A stretch of DNA of 64,000 nucleotides from assembly GCA_016840085.1 (NCBI GenBank), contig JAEOTA010000081.1, positions 1 to 64,000 of the forward strand. Reading direction: 5' to 3'. Source of the stretch: Promethearchaeota archaeon. Lineage in GTDB: Archaea; Asgardarchaeota; Lokiarchaeia; Sigyniarchaeales; SOKP01. Of this stretch, positions 1 to 9,962 are shown in pieces. A program made the translations under genes and the position numbers. The stretch's first letter is position 1, and the number at the start of each line of letters is the position of its first letter. The notes below the pieces were generated by a model that was not told where the DNA came from, ran no database searches, and saw only the letters and a program-made list of their open reading frames with translations.

Positions 1-127
1 ATATAAATTTGTTTTGGGGCATAATATTAGATCTATTCCTATTTTATCGGGTCTTATCGGTATCTTCTTAATCTTCATGAATTAACTATTTTTAAACTAT
101 GTTATGCAAGTGATCTGATTTTCAACC
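1..127 (-). pseudogene. Degenerate paralog of the small Cys-rich ORF at 30916-31230, running off the window edge
   Basis: Minus strand reads VENQITCIT*FKNS*FMKIKKIPIRPDKIGIDLILCPKTNLY versus IEYQISFTAQLKNSDYLNVKKISIRPDKIGIDLILCPKTNLH at about 31100-31230; two in-frame stops. Confidence 0.7.
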
Positions 128-399
128 TGACCTATCTTGCTACAATTAGAGAAATACTATCGATTACATAATAAAATTACAATGTTAAAAACTTATTTTA
201 AAGAAAATGAAGATGGGCTTTCAACTATTTGAAAGCGTAATTGTGTATCCCGTTATAAAGATCGGAGCAATAGATCAGAATTCTTCTGGAATCCCGTAAA
301 TTGTGTAGCCTCTTCAGGTGGTAATATAATATATCTGATATGATAATAAATGGAGCTCATCAAAAAGACTAAGTTGAAGATGGGATTAAGAAAAAAAAA

Positions 400-461
400 A
401 GGAAAAAATACTAGGCGTCTGTCTGATGACGCCGTGCGGTGGAGGTATTTGTTGCCTCCTA
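400..461 (-). ncRNA. Candidate small two-hairpin RNA
   Basis: GC-rich hairpins ggcgtc/gacgcc and ggaggta/tgcctcc in AT-rich DNA; minus-strand TATA-like CTTAAATA at 483-490; T-tract downstream on the minus strand. Confidence 0.35.
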
Positions 462-546
462 TGTTAATTATCTAAGTGCTCCTATTTAAGTCTATGGCTA
501 TTAGAAAGTCTACTTTTTTCAATATTTTCTTCAATTTCTGAGAAAA

Positions 547-807
547 ATGGTCTTTTCAAAGATTTTTGCTTTATATAGATCTACGAATAATTTGTATAAA
601 ATAACTAATACGCAAATAAATAATATGAAAAAAAAACAGACAAAACATATTCCTAACCATTCAGCATTTATAATTATTAAATTCAAAACAAATGAGCAAT
701 TAAAAAATTTAATTGATAATGAAGATTTCCATCTCTTTAAATCTAAGTTAGATAGTATTGCAGTTAAGAATGGGGGAAAATGTGAGTTTTTTACTACATT
801 ATTATAA
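547..807 (+). CDS. Small hypothetical protein (true start probably later, MKKKQ)
   Basis: ORF track only. Confidence 0.4.
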   Translation: MVFSKIFALYRSTNNLYKITNTQINNMKKKQTKHIPNHSAFIIIKFKTNEQLKNLIDNEDFHLFKSKLDSIAVKNGGKCEFFTTLL

Positions 808-857
808 ATTTATAGCCTATTTTTTTATTTAAATAACCTTACCCTATTCTCTACATT

Positions 858-1274
858 GTGTCGACTGAAGCAAAACATAAGAAAAGTGATCTAAAAAAAT
901 ATCTACCGGTAGTTCATACCAGGAATGGGACCTATAATTTTAATCCTGACTTAATATATCGCTCCTTACTAAAAGAAACAAGCATTAGTGAAACTAATGC
1001 CACACAAATCACTAAAGAAGTGATCCAATTCCTCATTTCTGCTCATCTGAATATTATAACTGCCCCCTTAATTAGAGAAGTCACCAATATCTATCTTTTG
1101 AAGCGGGGGCTGGAAAAAGAACGATTACAGTATACTCGAATCGGGTTGCCGTTCTATGATCTCCATGAAAAGTTTCAAAATCCTGCTGATAACAGACATA
1201 TCATTTCAGATATCATTAATTGGGTGATTACCGAATACCATGCGGTTAATAAACTGATTAAAAAAGCTACTTAA
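858..1274 (+). CDS. ATP-cone domain protein
   Basis: VVHTRNG...FNPDLIYRSLLKET...ITAPLIREVTNIYLL...RIGLPFYD resembles the NrdD N-terminal ATP cone. Confidence 0.75.
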   Translation: MSTEAKHKKSDLKKYLPVVHTRNGTYNFNPDLIYRSLLKETSISETNATQITKEVIQFLISAHLNIITAPLIREVTNIYLLKRGLEKERLQYTRIGLPFYDLHEKFQNPADNRHIISDIINWVITEYHAVNKLIKKAT

Positions 1275-1318
1275 ATATACAATGAATTATTATACAATTC
1301 TTCCTTAAAAAATATAAA

Positions 1319-2032
1319 TTGAGAGAGATCACACATAAAGGTTTGGCTCGATTAGTAGGATTATATGGATCTCATACTATAGATTCAGATAACTTGCAAA
1401 TACTCGAGATTTCATCAGTAGAACCAGATACAATAAACAGAGAGGGGTTACGCAAGGGTATGCTCGAAGCGATAATGACATCAATCGGATGGTTTGCTGA
1501 CCATACTGATAGAGCAAAGGAATTATCTATTCAAAATATTAATAAAACCTCTGAAGCTTATAATTCTGGTGATCAGTCTTGGTCTCGTTGGCTTGGATGG
1601 GTCTTTCATTTTATTACTGATTGGGCGACACCATATCATTCTTCAAATACAATGTCTAAATATATTTTAGACTCAAAAAGAGATGTGGTTAATAAGGAGT
1701 CTGAAAACAGTGGTATCTCCTTTTGGACTATATTAGATATATTTCTTAACCTTGTCCAGTTCAAAGCAGATCATGACAAGTTTGAAGATATATGCGAACA
1801 ACGTTGGCAACAAAACGAATCTATAATTAAAGACAATTTTATCAAATCTAGGGAAAATAGCATATCTTTCGTAGATTTAAAAATATTTAGCGAAAAAATG
1901 GATGAATTACGGGCTAAATACGAGAATAAACTCCTTGATTGGATTACGCATAGCTCGGATCAGGAATTTTCACTGTATATGACGGATATAGCAAAAGTAA
2001 TGGATATTGCCTGCCGGATAGTTTTAGGATAA
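1319..2032 (+). CDS. Zinc-dependent phospholipase C / S1-P1-like family protein
   Basis: N-terminal TH, EPD, LGWVFHFITDWATPYH and HDKFE motifs. Confidence 0.7.
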   Translation: MREITHKGLARLVGLYGSHTIDSDNLQILEISSVEPDTINREGLRKGMLEAIMTSIGWFADHTDRAKELSIQNINKTSEAYNSGDQSWSRWLGWVFHFITDWATPYHSSNTMSKYILDSKRDVVNKESENSGISFWTILDIFLNLVQFKADHDKFEDICEQRWQQNESIIKDNFIKSRENSISFVDLKIFSEKMDELRAKYENKLLDWITHSSDQEFSLYMTDIAKVMDIACRIVLG

Positions 2033-2157
2033 AATATATCTCTATGTTATGCACCTCTTGTCGCTTTTAATTTTTGATCCGATAAATATTTATATTTACA
2101 AGCAGATATTCATTCTCAAAAAAGACTCAAGAGCGATTAGATGAAGCCGCATATACT

Positions 2158-4959
2158 ATGACACTTACAATAATTTCTACCTTAATCACTTTAGCATTTT
2201 CATATGGCACATCTGCAATTTCAGGAGGTATTCCAGGGACTTTAACTTCCAACCTTATAAAAGTAGCGACTGCGGTAGGGACTGAAGTATTCGAAGAATT
2301 ATATATTGATCCGTGGATCTCCGCATATTTCTCGAATAAAGTGAAAGAAGCAGGCGGGAGTGCCTATGAACAAATACTGTGGAGCACCTTTGCCGAGACA
2401 TTCAGAGAATCTGCTGTAAGTTCAGCTACAAGGATTATCGGTTCGATTCTAATTAATACCCAGACTCAGAATCAAATAAGCCAGTCATTGCAAATTACAT
2501 CCCAAGAGTCAATTATGGACTTTCAACAAGCGAAACAAGAATTCCTAACTCAGCAGGGGCAGGCTAGTGCGCGAGGAGATCTCATCGAATCTGCGGTATC
2601 TTCACTTTTATTATTTGCGGGTACTATATTAGGTGGATTCTTCGGCGGATCACTCACAACTACGCTCTCCAATACATTGATAGTTCTTGGAACTAATGTT
2701 GATGTTGCTCAGGGAGTATTTTCAATTGCGCTGGATAAAAAGGCTGAGCCTTCGACAATTTTCCAGACCTCAGAAGGAGGGCTATTCTTCGGCGAAGTAT
2801 CCGATTTCAGGACTTATTCGGTAATCTCTGAATTACAACGCATCCTCGAGGGTAGAGATTCGTGGAAGACCCGAATTTCGTCACAAGATAAAGGCTTCAC
2901 GCTTCAAGACGCTCAATATCCAGACATGTCTGATATGACTCTTAGAGAAATTCTCAAGCTTCTTAGCACGACCACCTACGAAGGTAAAATCATTTATGAT
3001 CCTCAAGGTGGACCATTTGGTAGTATCAACCATAAGATCATAGACATTATTTTAGCCAAGCAGAAGGTTGGAATCCCTCTAACTCAATTTGAGAGCACAA
3101 TTATTGGTATAGGTGCATGGACAATGGGTGGAGAGAAACATGCCGTTGAGAATAGTTTGGATAAAAGGTTTAATAGGTACGAAAGGCTTTTTGAATTGTA
3201 TCGCGAAGATAATAGGATAATCCGTATAGAGTGTGTAAACGCAATAAGTAGGTTATACAATGCTATTGACTTAGAGTTTCCTACATTTTCAGCTAAAAGA
3301 CAATTTAATTTGCATTATGTTGAGAAAGCGTTAAATAATATTAGGAGCGGTAAACATAGAGTGATTGGATATAAAAAGATACAAAGAATGATAGAAAGCA
3401 CTCTGCTAGCTATTGAGCAGAAAATTTTAGATAAGAATAGTAAGACTTTAGAGGAATTAAAGAAATATAGTAAGCTTTCGCTTGCATTAGAAAGAACTTT
3501 GGTTAGACGTTTAAAATTGAAATACGATGCCACCCATGGTCGTATGACTCTTTATCATAGGGAAGCATTATTCGAAGAATTAAGGGGATTGTTTATATAT
3601 CAGAGGGAAGGCTATACTCGTGGTTTTATGATGCCACTAGAAAGATTTATGAAGCTTATTGATAGACCTTTCGTCAGTGAAGGGTTATTAAGGGATAGCC
3701 GGATATCTAGGAGAATAAACGCTGGAGATCTTATAGACATTGATTTTCATATTCAGGATATTACTTTAGAAGGCCTCAAGGCTATTGGATTCGAGACGAC
3801 TTATAATAAGCTTAAGACAATTAAGGCAAAAGCATCTAGGATTATTAAGGAGTTTATGTTTAACAACCTTTATGCTGAGCCTTATATATCTCAAGAAGAT
3901 ATTGATATAAGTACTCAAGAAGGGATTGATTATGTTGGTCATAAATACGATTTAATCCGTTCAGTTGCATATGCTATCTACAGAGTCCAGTACTCAGACA
4001 GATTTTTACTTACAAAGACACCATACGTGAATTTCCAGAAATTTATGAAATATTACCTTATGGAGCCTAATGCTATTACTATAAGGAAGGTTCAAGATCT
4101 CATTGATATATTCAGTAATCCTAAAGATTTTAATCCAAACGACAAGTCAGTGAGGGATTTAATGAACAAATTAGATAGATATAAGGATACTTTTGCTAAA
4201 GTCGCTCCGACAGTTGTTGGAACATATACACATGCTCTTGAAGAGTTAGCTGTTTTAGAGTCATTTATTCTCGATAAAAAGCTTGATATTACACACGAGG
4301 AGGAAGTAGATGAATATGGTCATCAGATTGATTTAATGCTCCATATAGACAAAAGCTTCCGAACACAATTTGCTGCGGCAATTAAGGCGAAATATAATCT
4401 TGATTTAAAAAATATAAAGACCATAAATTTTGACTTTTCCAATGCTTACAACCCAAGGAAGACAAAACATGTCTGGGAGAAATTCTTTAAGAATTACCAG
4501 TCAAAAGAATCTGTATTTTTTGTTATACTAACTAATCAGAAATTATATGATAGGACTCGGGCAGACAAGTTTATAGCAAAGTTAGACCCAATTCTAGAGA
4601 AAATGGATGCTAGTTTATATCCCGAACACATTAGAATTATTACTATGGATGAATTTATGTCATTCTACGGGATTAAAGGCGAGCCGTTAGAAAACCTGCA
4701 AGCTATTCGGAAGCTAAAAGATCAAGCACTCTCTCATAATCCTGAAATATCAAATGAGGCTTTTGAGAAACTATTTGCGTTATATAAAAAAGCAAAACTT
4801 ACTCTTAAATTGATTAAGACTGACCCTGGGAACGTTGTGAATATTTTAAAGACAAGCCAATTGGACTTGACAAAGTTTATTGGGGATCCAAGCAAAAAAA
4901 TCGACGATTTTTTTAAATTCTTTTTTATATTAATTTCTTTAGTTTTGTATTTATATTAA
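2158..4959 (+). CDS. Large protein with a hydrophobic N-terminal region and a putative C-terminal PD-(D/E)xK nuclease; possible polymorphic toxin or toxin fragment
   Basis: Gly/Ser/Thr-rich hydrophobic helices; C-terminal GTYTH...HE...GHQIDL...INFDFS...K pattern; visibly higher GC than flanks. Confidence 0.5.
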   Translation: MTLTIISTLITLAFSYGTSAISGGIPGTLTSNLIKVATAVGTEVFEELYIDPWISAYFSNKVKEAGGSAYEQILWSTFAETFRESAVSSATRIIGSILINTQTQNQISQSLQITSQESIMDFQQAKQEFLTQQGQASARGDLIESAVSSLLLFAGTILGGFFGGSLTTTLSNTLIVLGTNVDVAQGVFSIALDKKAEPSTIFQTSEGGLFFGEVSDFRTYSVISELQRILEGRDSWKTRISSQDKGFTLQDAQYPDMSDMTLREILKLLSTTTYEGKIIYDPQGGPFGSINHKIIDIILAKQKVGIPLTQFESTIIGIGAWTMGGEKHAVENSLDKRFNRYERLFELYREDNRIIRIECVNAISRLYNAIDLEFPTFSAKRQFNLHYVEKALNNIRSGKHRVIGYKKIQRMIESTLLAIEQKILDKNSKTLEELKKYSKLSLALERTLVRRLKLKYDATHGRMTLYHREALFEELRGLFIYQREGYTRGFMMPLERFMKLIDRPFVSEGLLRDSRISRRINAGDLIDIDFHIQDITLEGLKAIGFETTYNKLKTIKAKASRIIKEFMFNNLYAEPYISQEDIDISTQEGIDYVGHKYDLIRSVAYAIYRVQYSDRFLLTKTPYVNFQKFMKYYLMEPNAITIRKVQDLIDIFSNPKDFNPNDKSVRDLMNKLDRYKDTFAKVAPTVVGTYTHALEELAVLESFILDKKLDITHEEEVDEYGHQIDLMLHIDKSFRTQFAAAIKAKYNLDLKNIKTINFDFSNAYNPRKTKHVWEKFFKNYQSKESVFFVILTNQKLYDRTRADKFIAKLDPILEKMDASLYPEHIRIITMDEFMSFYGIKGEPLENLQAIRKLKDQALSHNPEISNEAFEKLFALYKKAKLTLKLIKTDPGNVVNILKTSQLDLTKFIGDPSKKIDDFFKFFFILISLVLYLY

Positions 4960-5034
4960 TTTCATTACAAGGTATTTTGTAAGTATGGTCCCTCCATAGA
5001 TTTAAATATTAGAAAAATTTGATTAATTATAGCC

Positions 5035-5745
5035 TTGTCAGAAATTAGAGAACTTTTGAAATTATTGGAAAATACTACAGAAGAGAAGGTTGATTACAAG
5101 GGACAAGTTATTCACTTCCAAGGTTATAGCTTCTTATTTCGAGATCGGTGGTTAAAGGATCGTAAGCCATATGTGACTGGTCTACATAGTAGTAAATTTT
5201 CTTCGGTGGGTTATTGGCGAAGAATAATAAGAGGTACTATAGAGAATCTTGATAAAATAAAAAGCCTTAATGACCTTAATTTAGAAGATACTAAACTTGA
5301 TTATATTTTTGGTGGGTCTTTAAAAACATTACTTCCAACCTTAAAATTTGGTGGAGATGAGACTTTATTTAAAGTCTGGATGTTCGTCAAGACGCCTGAA
5401 GGATATTTGTTTCCCGCTACTTTTTATTACGGTAAATCGGGGACATCTGTAGGCGGTTGGAGAATGGATAGGGCTAAGGATGTCTTTCCTCCGGCGTTTT
5501 ACTCGATTATCAACTTTAGCCCGTTCAATTTTAAACCAAACGAACTCGATGCGTTTATCGAAGCCTTAGAACTTTCACTCAAAATGGTTCCCGTTTCCGA
5601 TTATTATGGGATCTATTATGGGGAAAATGGTTACACTCTCATGGGTGCAAAAGATAACAAACCACTCTTTATGGAACTTGGTTGGTCATACGATAAACGA
5701 AAAATTGAAGAGTATATCGAACTTGCAGCAGAATTTGGATATTAG
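5035..5745 (+). CDS. Hypothetical protein, paralog of the N-terminal domain of 47696-48757; putative immunity protein
   Basis: Shared GSLKTLxPTxKF...LFxVWMxVxTPxGxxFPAxFYYGKSxxxxGGW motif. Confidence 0.65.
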   Translation: MSEIRELLKLLENTTEEKVDYKGQVIHFQGYSFLFRDRWLKDRKPYVTGLHSSKFSSVGYWRRIIRGTIENLDKIKSLNDLNLEDTKLDYIFGGSLKTLLPTLKFGGDETLFKVWMFVKTPEGYLFPATFYYGKSGTSVGGWRMDRAKDVFPPAFYSIINFSPFNFKPNELDAFIEALELSLKMVPVSDYYGIYYGENGYTLMGAKDNKPLFMELGWSYDKRKIEEYIELAAEFGY

Positions 5746-5965
5746 GGCTTTTTTTACAACTCTCTTTAGACTGGTCAGTTTAATTTAGCAAAAAAAAAAC
5801 CAAACACATAGATCTTTTTATTTCATAAATTTTTTTCCAAATTTTTCATTTTTTAAATGTATTTTCTATCGATTTTCTTAATTTATTATATGCAAAATAT
5901 TAATAAATATAGTTATACATATAACTCTTACAAATTGCACAGAAAAATGAAAAAAATTGAGGTGA

Positions 5966-7003
5966 ATGATGCAAGAGTTGGAGAAATATCGATTGACATT
6001 GCAAACGAAACTTTTTGGGTGAAACTGTAAATTATCTGCTGAAAAACTTGAAAAACTAGTAACAAACGTCGGCTTGAATGGAGATATTGAGGATTCAGCA
6101 ATTATTCCCGTGCCGAATAGTAACCTTGTTATGGCTAAAAATATAGATATCTTTACACCTATTATTGACGATCCAGAAATCATGGGTGAAATAGCTGCTG
6201 CTAATGTAACTAACGATATTTTTGCACTGAATGTTCCAGAGATCTCGGGAATGCTTGTGTTCTTAGGTTTAAAGAAGAATATGCCAATGTATATAGCAGA
6301 AGGACTATTGAGTGGGATCAAAGACTTTATGGAGAAAAAGCTAAATTCTAAAGTTATTGGAGGTCATACAATATACTCAGAATGGCCCCTTATAGGTGGT
6401 GAAGCTTCTGGATTCGTTGAAAAAGATAAACTTATTAAAAAGGATTTCGTGAAAGATGGAGATAAATTGATTTTAACAAAACCAATTGGAAATCAAGCAA
6501 TAATGGCAGCATATAGATTACAAAAAAACAACCCTGATCTCTTAGAGGACTATTCTATGACAGAAATTGATAAAGCTATTGATATAGCTGTTGAATTAAT
6601 GATAACTCCTCTTAAAGATGTGGTAAAAGCAATACATACTTATCGAGATGTATCATTTATTCACTCAATGACTGATGTTAGCGGTTTTGGTCTTGCTGGT
6701 CATTTGAGAGAAATATTACTAAAATCACATCTTTCAGCAACTATTGAGAGGATTCCAAGTATTATGTTAACAAGAGATTTATCTTATGAATTTGGGTATA
6801 AATATGATGAATGTGAGATGCCCGAAACTGCTGGTGGTATGCTTCTATCTGTTGATCACAAATATGCTGATGAATTCTCAGAAAGATTATCAAGTGAATT
6901 TGGTGTGTCAAATTGGATTATAGGTTCAATCGATAATCTTAGTAAACCTATGTATGTTCGCGTTGTTAAAAATGTTGAGCATATTCAATTAACTAAAATT
7001 TAA
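5966..7003 (+). CDS. selD: Selenophosphate synthetase, selenoprotein (copy 1; Sec UGA at 6020-6022)
   Basis: SD GAGGTGA then ATG 5966; reads YRLTLQTKLFG-U-NCK in frame with ORF 6074-7003; DIFTP, GGHT, LTKPIG and TDVSGFGLAGH motifs; 3' SECIS. Confidence 0.95.
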
Positions 7004-7073
7004 TGATGTCTATGATTTAAGCTGAAACACAATAGTGGTGGCTTATTGAGAGATCCATTGCAAAATGGCATCA
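7004..7073 (+). promoter_or_regulatory. Eukaryote-like SECIS element of selD copy 1
   Basis: ATGA (7012) ... TGAG (7047) core, TTAAGC/GCTTAT helix, unpaired AAA, apical mini-stem CAC/GTG, closing TGATG/CATCA. Confidence 0.9.
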
Positions 7074-7297
7074 AAATCAATTGATTAACTTTTTTATTTG
7101 GGTTTTTTTAAAATTATTTAATATTTATATATTCAAGAATGGGAAAAAAAGTATTAATATTATAAGAAAAAGCATATTTCTTAATTTATTCATTTTTCCG
7201 ATAAATAGAATCGAAAATTTTAATATAATCACACAATTTGATTTCCCTAAGGAATTATTCTAATTTATATAATAAAAAATAAAAAAAGCTGAGGTGT

Positions 7298-8326
7298 ATG
7301 ACAAAAGAATCGGGATATAGGTTAACCACAGATGTAAAAATACACGGATGAAGCTGTAAACTAGGACAAAACGATTTAAATGATTTATTAGCTAAAGTGG
7401 GATTAGCAGGAGATATTGAAGATGCTGCAATTATACCAATTCCCAATAGTGATTTAGTTCTTGTCAAAAGTATTGATGTTTTCACTCCAATTATTGATGA
7501 ACCCGATATAGCAGGTCAAATTGCTGCATGTAATGTAACTAATGATATTTTTGCTATGAATGTACCTGAGATCTCAGGAATGCTTGTATTTCTCGCAATA
7601 AGTACACGCACTCCAATAGAAGTTGCTGAAGGAATTTTAAGGGGAATAAAATATTTTATAGAAGACAAGATAAATTCTAAGGTGGTTGGTGGACACACAA
7701 TTTATAGTGAATGGCCATTAATGGGTGGTGAAGCTTCTGGATATATACATAAGGATCAAATTATTCAAAAACAAGGTGTGAAGAAAGGAGACAAATTGGT
7801 TTTAACCAAACCAATCGGATTACAAGCTATTATGGCAGCTTATAGGATTCTTAAGGATTTTCCAGAAATGATAGAACATTATTCTTCAGATGAACTCCAA
7901 AAATCTATAGATCTTGCTATTAAAATAATGACGACTTCTAATCAGGATGTTGTAAAAGTAATTCACTCTTACAATGATTTCTCATTTATTCATGCGCTAA
8001 CGGATATCACCGGATTTGGTTTAGCTGGTCATGCTTCTGAAATGCTTCAAAATTCAAATTTATCTGCCATAATTGATACTGTTCCTTCGATAAAACTTTC
8101 TAAAGATTTATCTGAAGAGCTAGGATATGCTTTTGATGATTGCACTTGCCATGAGACCGCGGGAGGAATGCTTATTGCTGTTGATCCTACTAACGCAGAA
8201 GACTTTACTACAAGACTTACAAGCAGTAAAATCTCCAATTGGATCGTTGGAATGATAGACAAGGTTCATCCTGGGCTTGTCAGAGTTTCAAAAAATGTTC
8301 ACAATATTGAAATTACAAATATTTAA
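7298..8326 (+). CDS. selD: Selenophosphate synthetase, selenoprotein (copy 2; Sec UGA at 7349-7351)
   Basis: SD GAGGTG then ATG 7298; reads YRLTTDVKIHG-U-SCK in frame with ORF 7397-8326; all SelD motifs present; 3' SECIS. Confidence 0.95.
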
Positions 8327-8327
8327 A

Positions 8328-8397
8328 GATGTTAATGATATAAGCTTAAACATTTCAAATGGGTGCTTATTGAAAATTCCACCTGCAAGGTGGCATC
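8328..8397 (+). promoter_or_regulatory. Eukaryote-like SECIS element of selD copy 2
   Basis: ATGA (8335) ... TGAA (8371) core, ATAAGC/GCTTAT helix, AAA, apical stem CATTT/AAATG, closing GATG/CATC. Confidence 0.9.
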
Positions 8398-8407
8398 AAA
8401 ATTAGAA

Positions 8408-9217
8408 CTACTCTCTTTCTTTTATTTTGCCATTAAGTTTTATAACAATCTCTCTAATTTCATCTAAGGTTTTATCAATCAATTCTTCTCCATTTTTTAC
8501 ATTAAAGGCGGTTATTGAAACCTCAACTTCAACGGACAAGCCAATGCGAGGATGGGTTTTAATCCACAATTGAGGATATTTTTTTTCTAATTCACTTGTA
8601 TATGCTGCTATCTGACTTTCCCCTATTCCTGAAAATAAAAATCCTTTTTCTATGAATTTTCCTTTTTCCTTTTTTAAAATAGGTGTTATTACATTTCTAA
8701 ACATTGACTTCATCTCTGTAGGTACACCAGGTAAGATAAAAATAGTAGTTTTATCCTCCTCAATTTTAACTCCAGGAGCAGTGCCTACAGTATTGGGTAA
8801 AGAGATAGAATTTTGAGGGAGATATGCCATTTTTTCTCGTTCTTTAGTCATACCCTCGAGTTGTAATAATCCTTTTTTATGGGCATGCTCATAAGCTTTT
8901 TTAATAGAATTATAGGCATGTTTATTTAACTCTAATTTCCTATTCAAACCATTAGCTATTCCCTGTAAAGTCATATCATCGAAAGTGGGGCCAATTCCCC
9001 CTGAAGTTATGACAATATTTGGTTTACGTTTTAATATATCTCTTATTGTATTTGATATTGTTTCTAACTTATCTCCTATAGTAGTTATTCTCTTTACTAT
9101 ATGTCCAAATTTCGTTATTCTTTTTGCCACCCAATTTGAATTTGTATCTTGAGTTTTTCCGATAAGAATTTCATTGCCAATCATCAATAACTCGATTTCC
9201 ATATTTCTTCCTTTCAA
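8408..9217 (-). CDS. CinA-like / molybdopterin-binding domain protein
   Basis: IGNEILIGKTQDTNS, SGGIGPTFDDMT, GTAPG and LPGVPTEM motifs. Confidence 0.9.
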   Translation of the reverse strand: MKGRNMEIELLMIGNEILIGKTQDTNSNWVAKRITKFGHIVKRITTIGDKLETISNTIRDILKRKPNIVITSGGIGPTFDDMTLQGIANGLNRKLELNKHAYNSIKKAYEHAHKKGLLQLEGMTKEREKMAYLPQNSISLPNTVGTAPGVKIEEDKTTIFILPGVPTEMKSMFRNVITPILKKEKGKFIEKGFLFSGIGESQIAAYTSELEKKYPQLWIKTHPRIGLSVEVEVSITAFNVKNGEELIDKTLDEIREIVIKLNGKIKERE

Positions 9218-9292
9218 ATTTCTTGATAGTTGAATTTTAAAAAATTTGATATATTAAATCTTTTATACAAATACAAAAAAAAAAACCAAAAA

Positions 9293-9844
9293 ATGACAAT
9301 AGAAATAGATGACAGTGGAACAGGAGATCTTGTAGGAAATGCATTTATAGGTTTTTTGAGAAAGAAAACTGGAGAATTGATATTTCGAACTTTGCCCTTA
9401 GATTTATTTAAAGGAGAAAATTGGAAAAATAAAAAGCTACTTAAAGTAACTGTTGATTTAGTTAAAGATGGTTTAAAAGAATTAAAATTTCAAAAAGATA
9501 CTGAAATTATCAAGCTTTGTAGAGGAAATATATTTGATAAAGTAAGAAAATATTTTTTAGAAGAAGGAATAAACTACGAAGATGCCATTGTCGAGGGAAA
9601 ATTACAAGATGCTGTTGAAGGAAAATTAGTGGATCACCTTCGAAACGATTTGGGTGTAAGATCAAGAAGCTTATCAACTAAAAGCGGTGCGAAGAGATTC
9701 TTTGTATTATTTAATTGGGTTTGTTATGATTTTTTCAATAGAGAAAAATATGTGAAATCTGGATTCAAGAAATGGAATACTGTGTGGAGAGACCGAGGGA
9801 TCAAAAAATATAAAGAGATCAGGAATAATACACGTAAATCATGA
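9293..9844 (+). CDS. Hypothetical protein, possible RNase H-like fold
   Basis: MTIEIDDSGTGDLVG N-terminus resembles the first strand of RNase HII; start reassigned to ATG 9293. Confidence 0.55.
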   Translation: MTIEIDDSGTGDLVGNAFIGFLRKKTGELIFRTLPLDLFKGENWKNKKLLKVTVDLVKDGLKELKFQKDTEIIKLCRGNIFDKVRKYFLEEGINYEDAIVEGKLQDAVEGKLVDHLRNDLGVRSRSLSTKSGAKRFFVLFNWVCYDFFNREKYVKSGFKKWNTVWRDRGIKKYKEIRNNTRKS

Positions 9845-9962
9845 TTTCTTTTACTTTTGATAATTAATGATCAGTAATATTGATCAAATATATAAATAAT
9901 CATATCAACATTTACTATAACATTAAATGTATATACAAATTAAGAATTAGAGGAAGTTCAAA

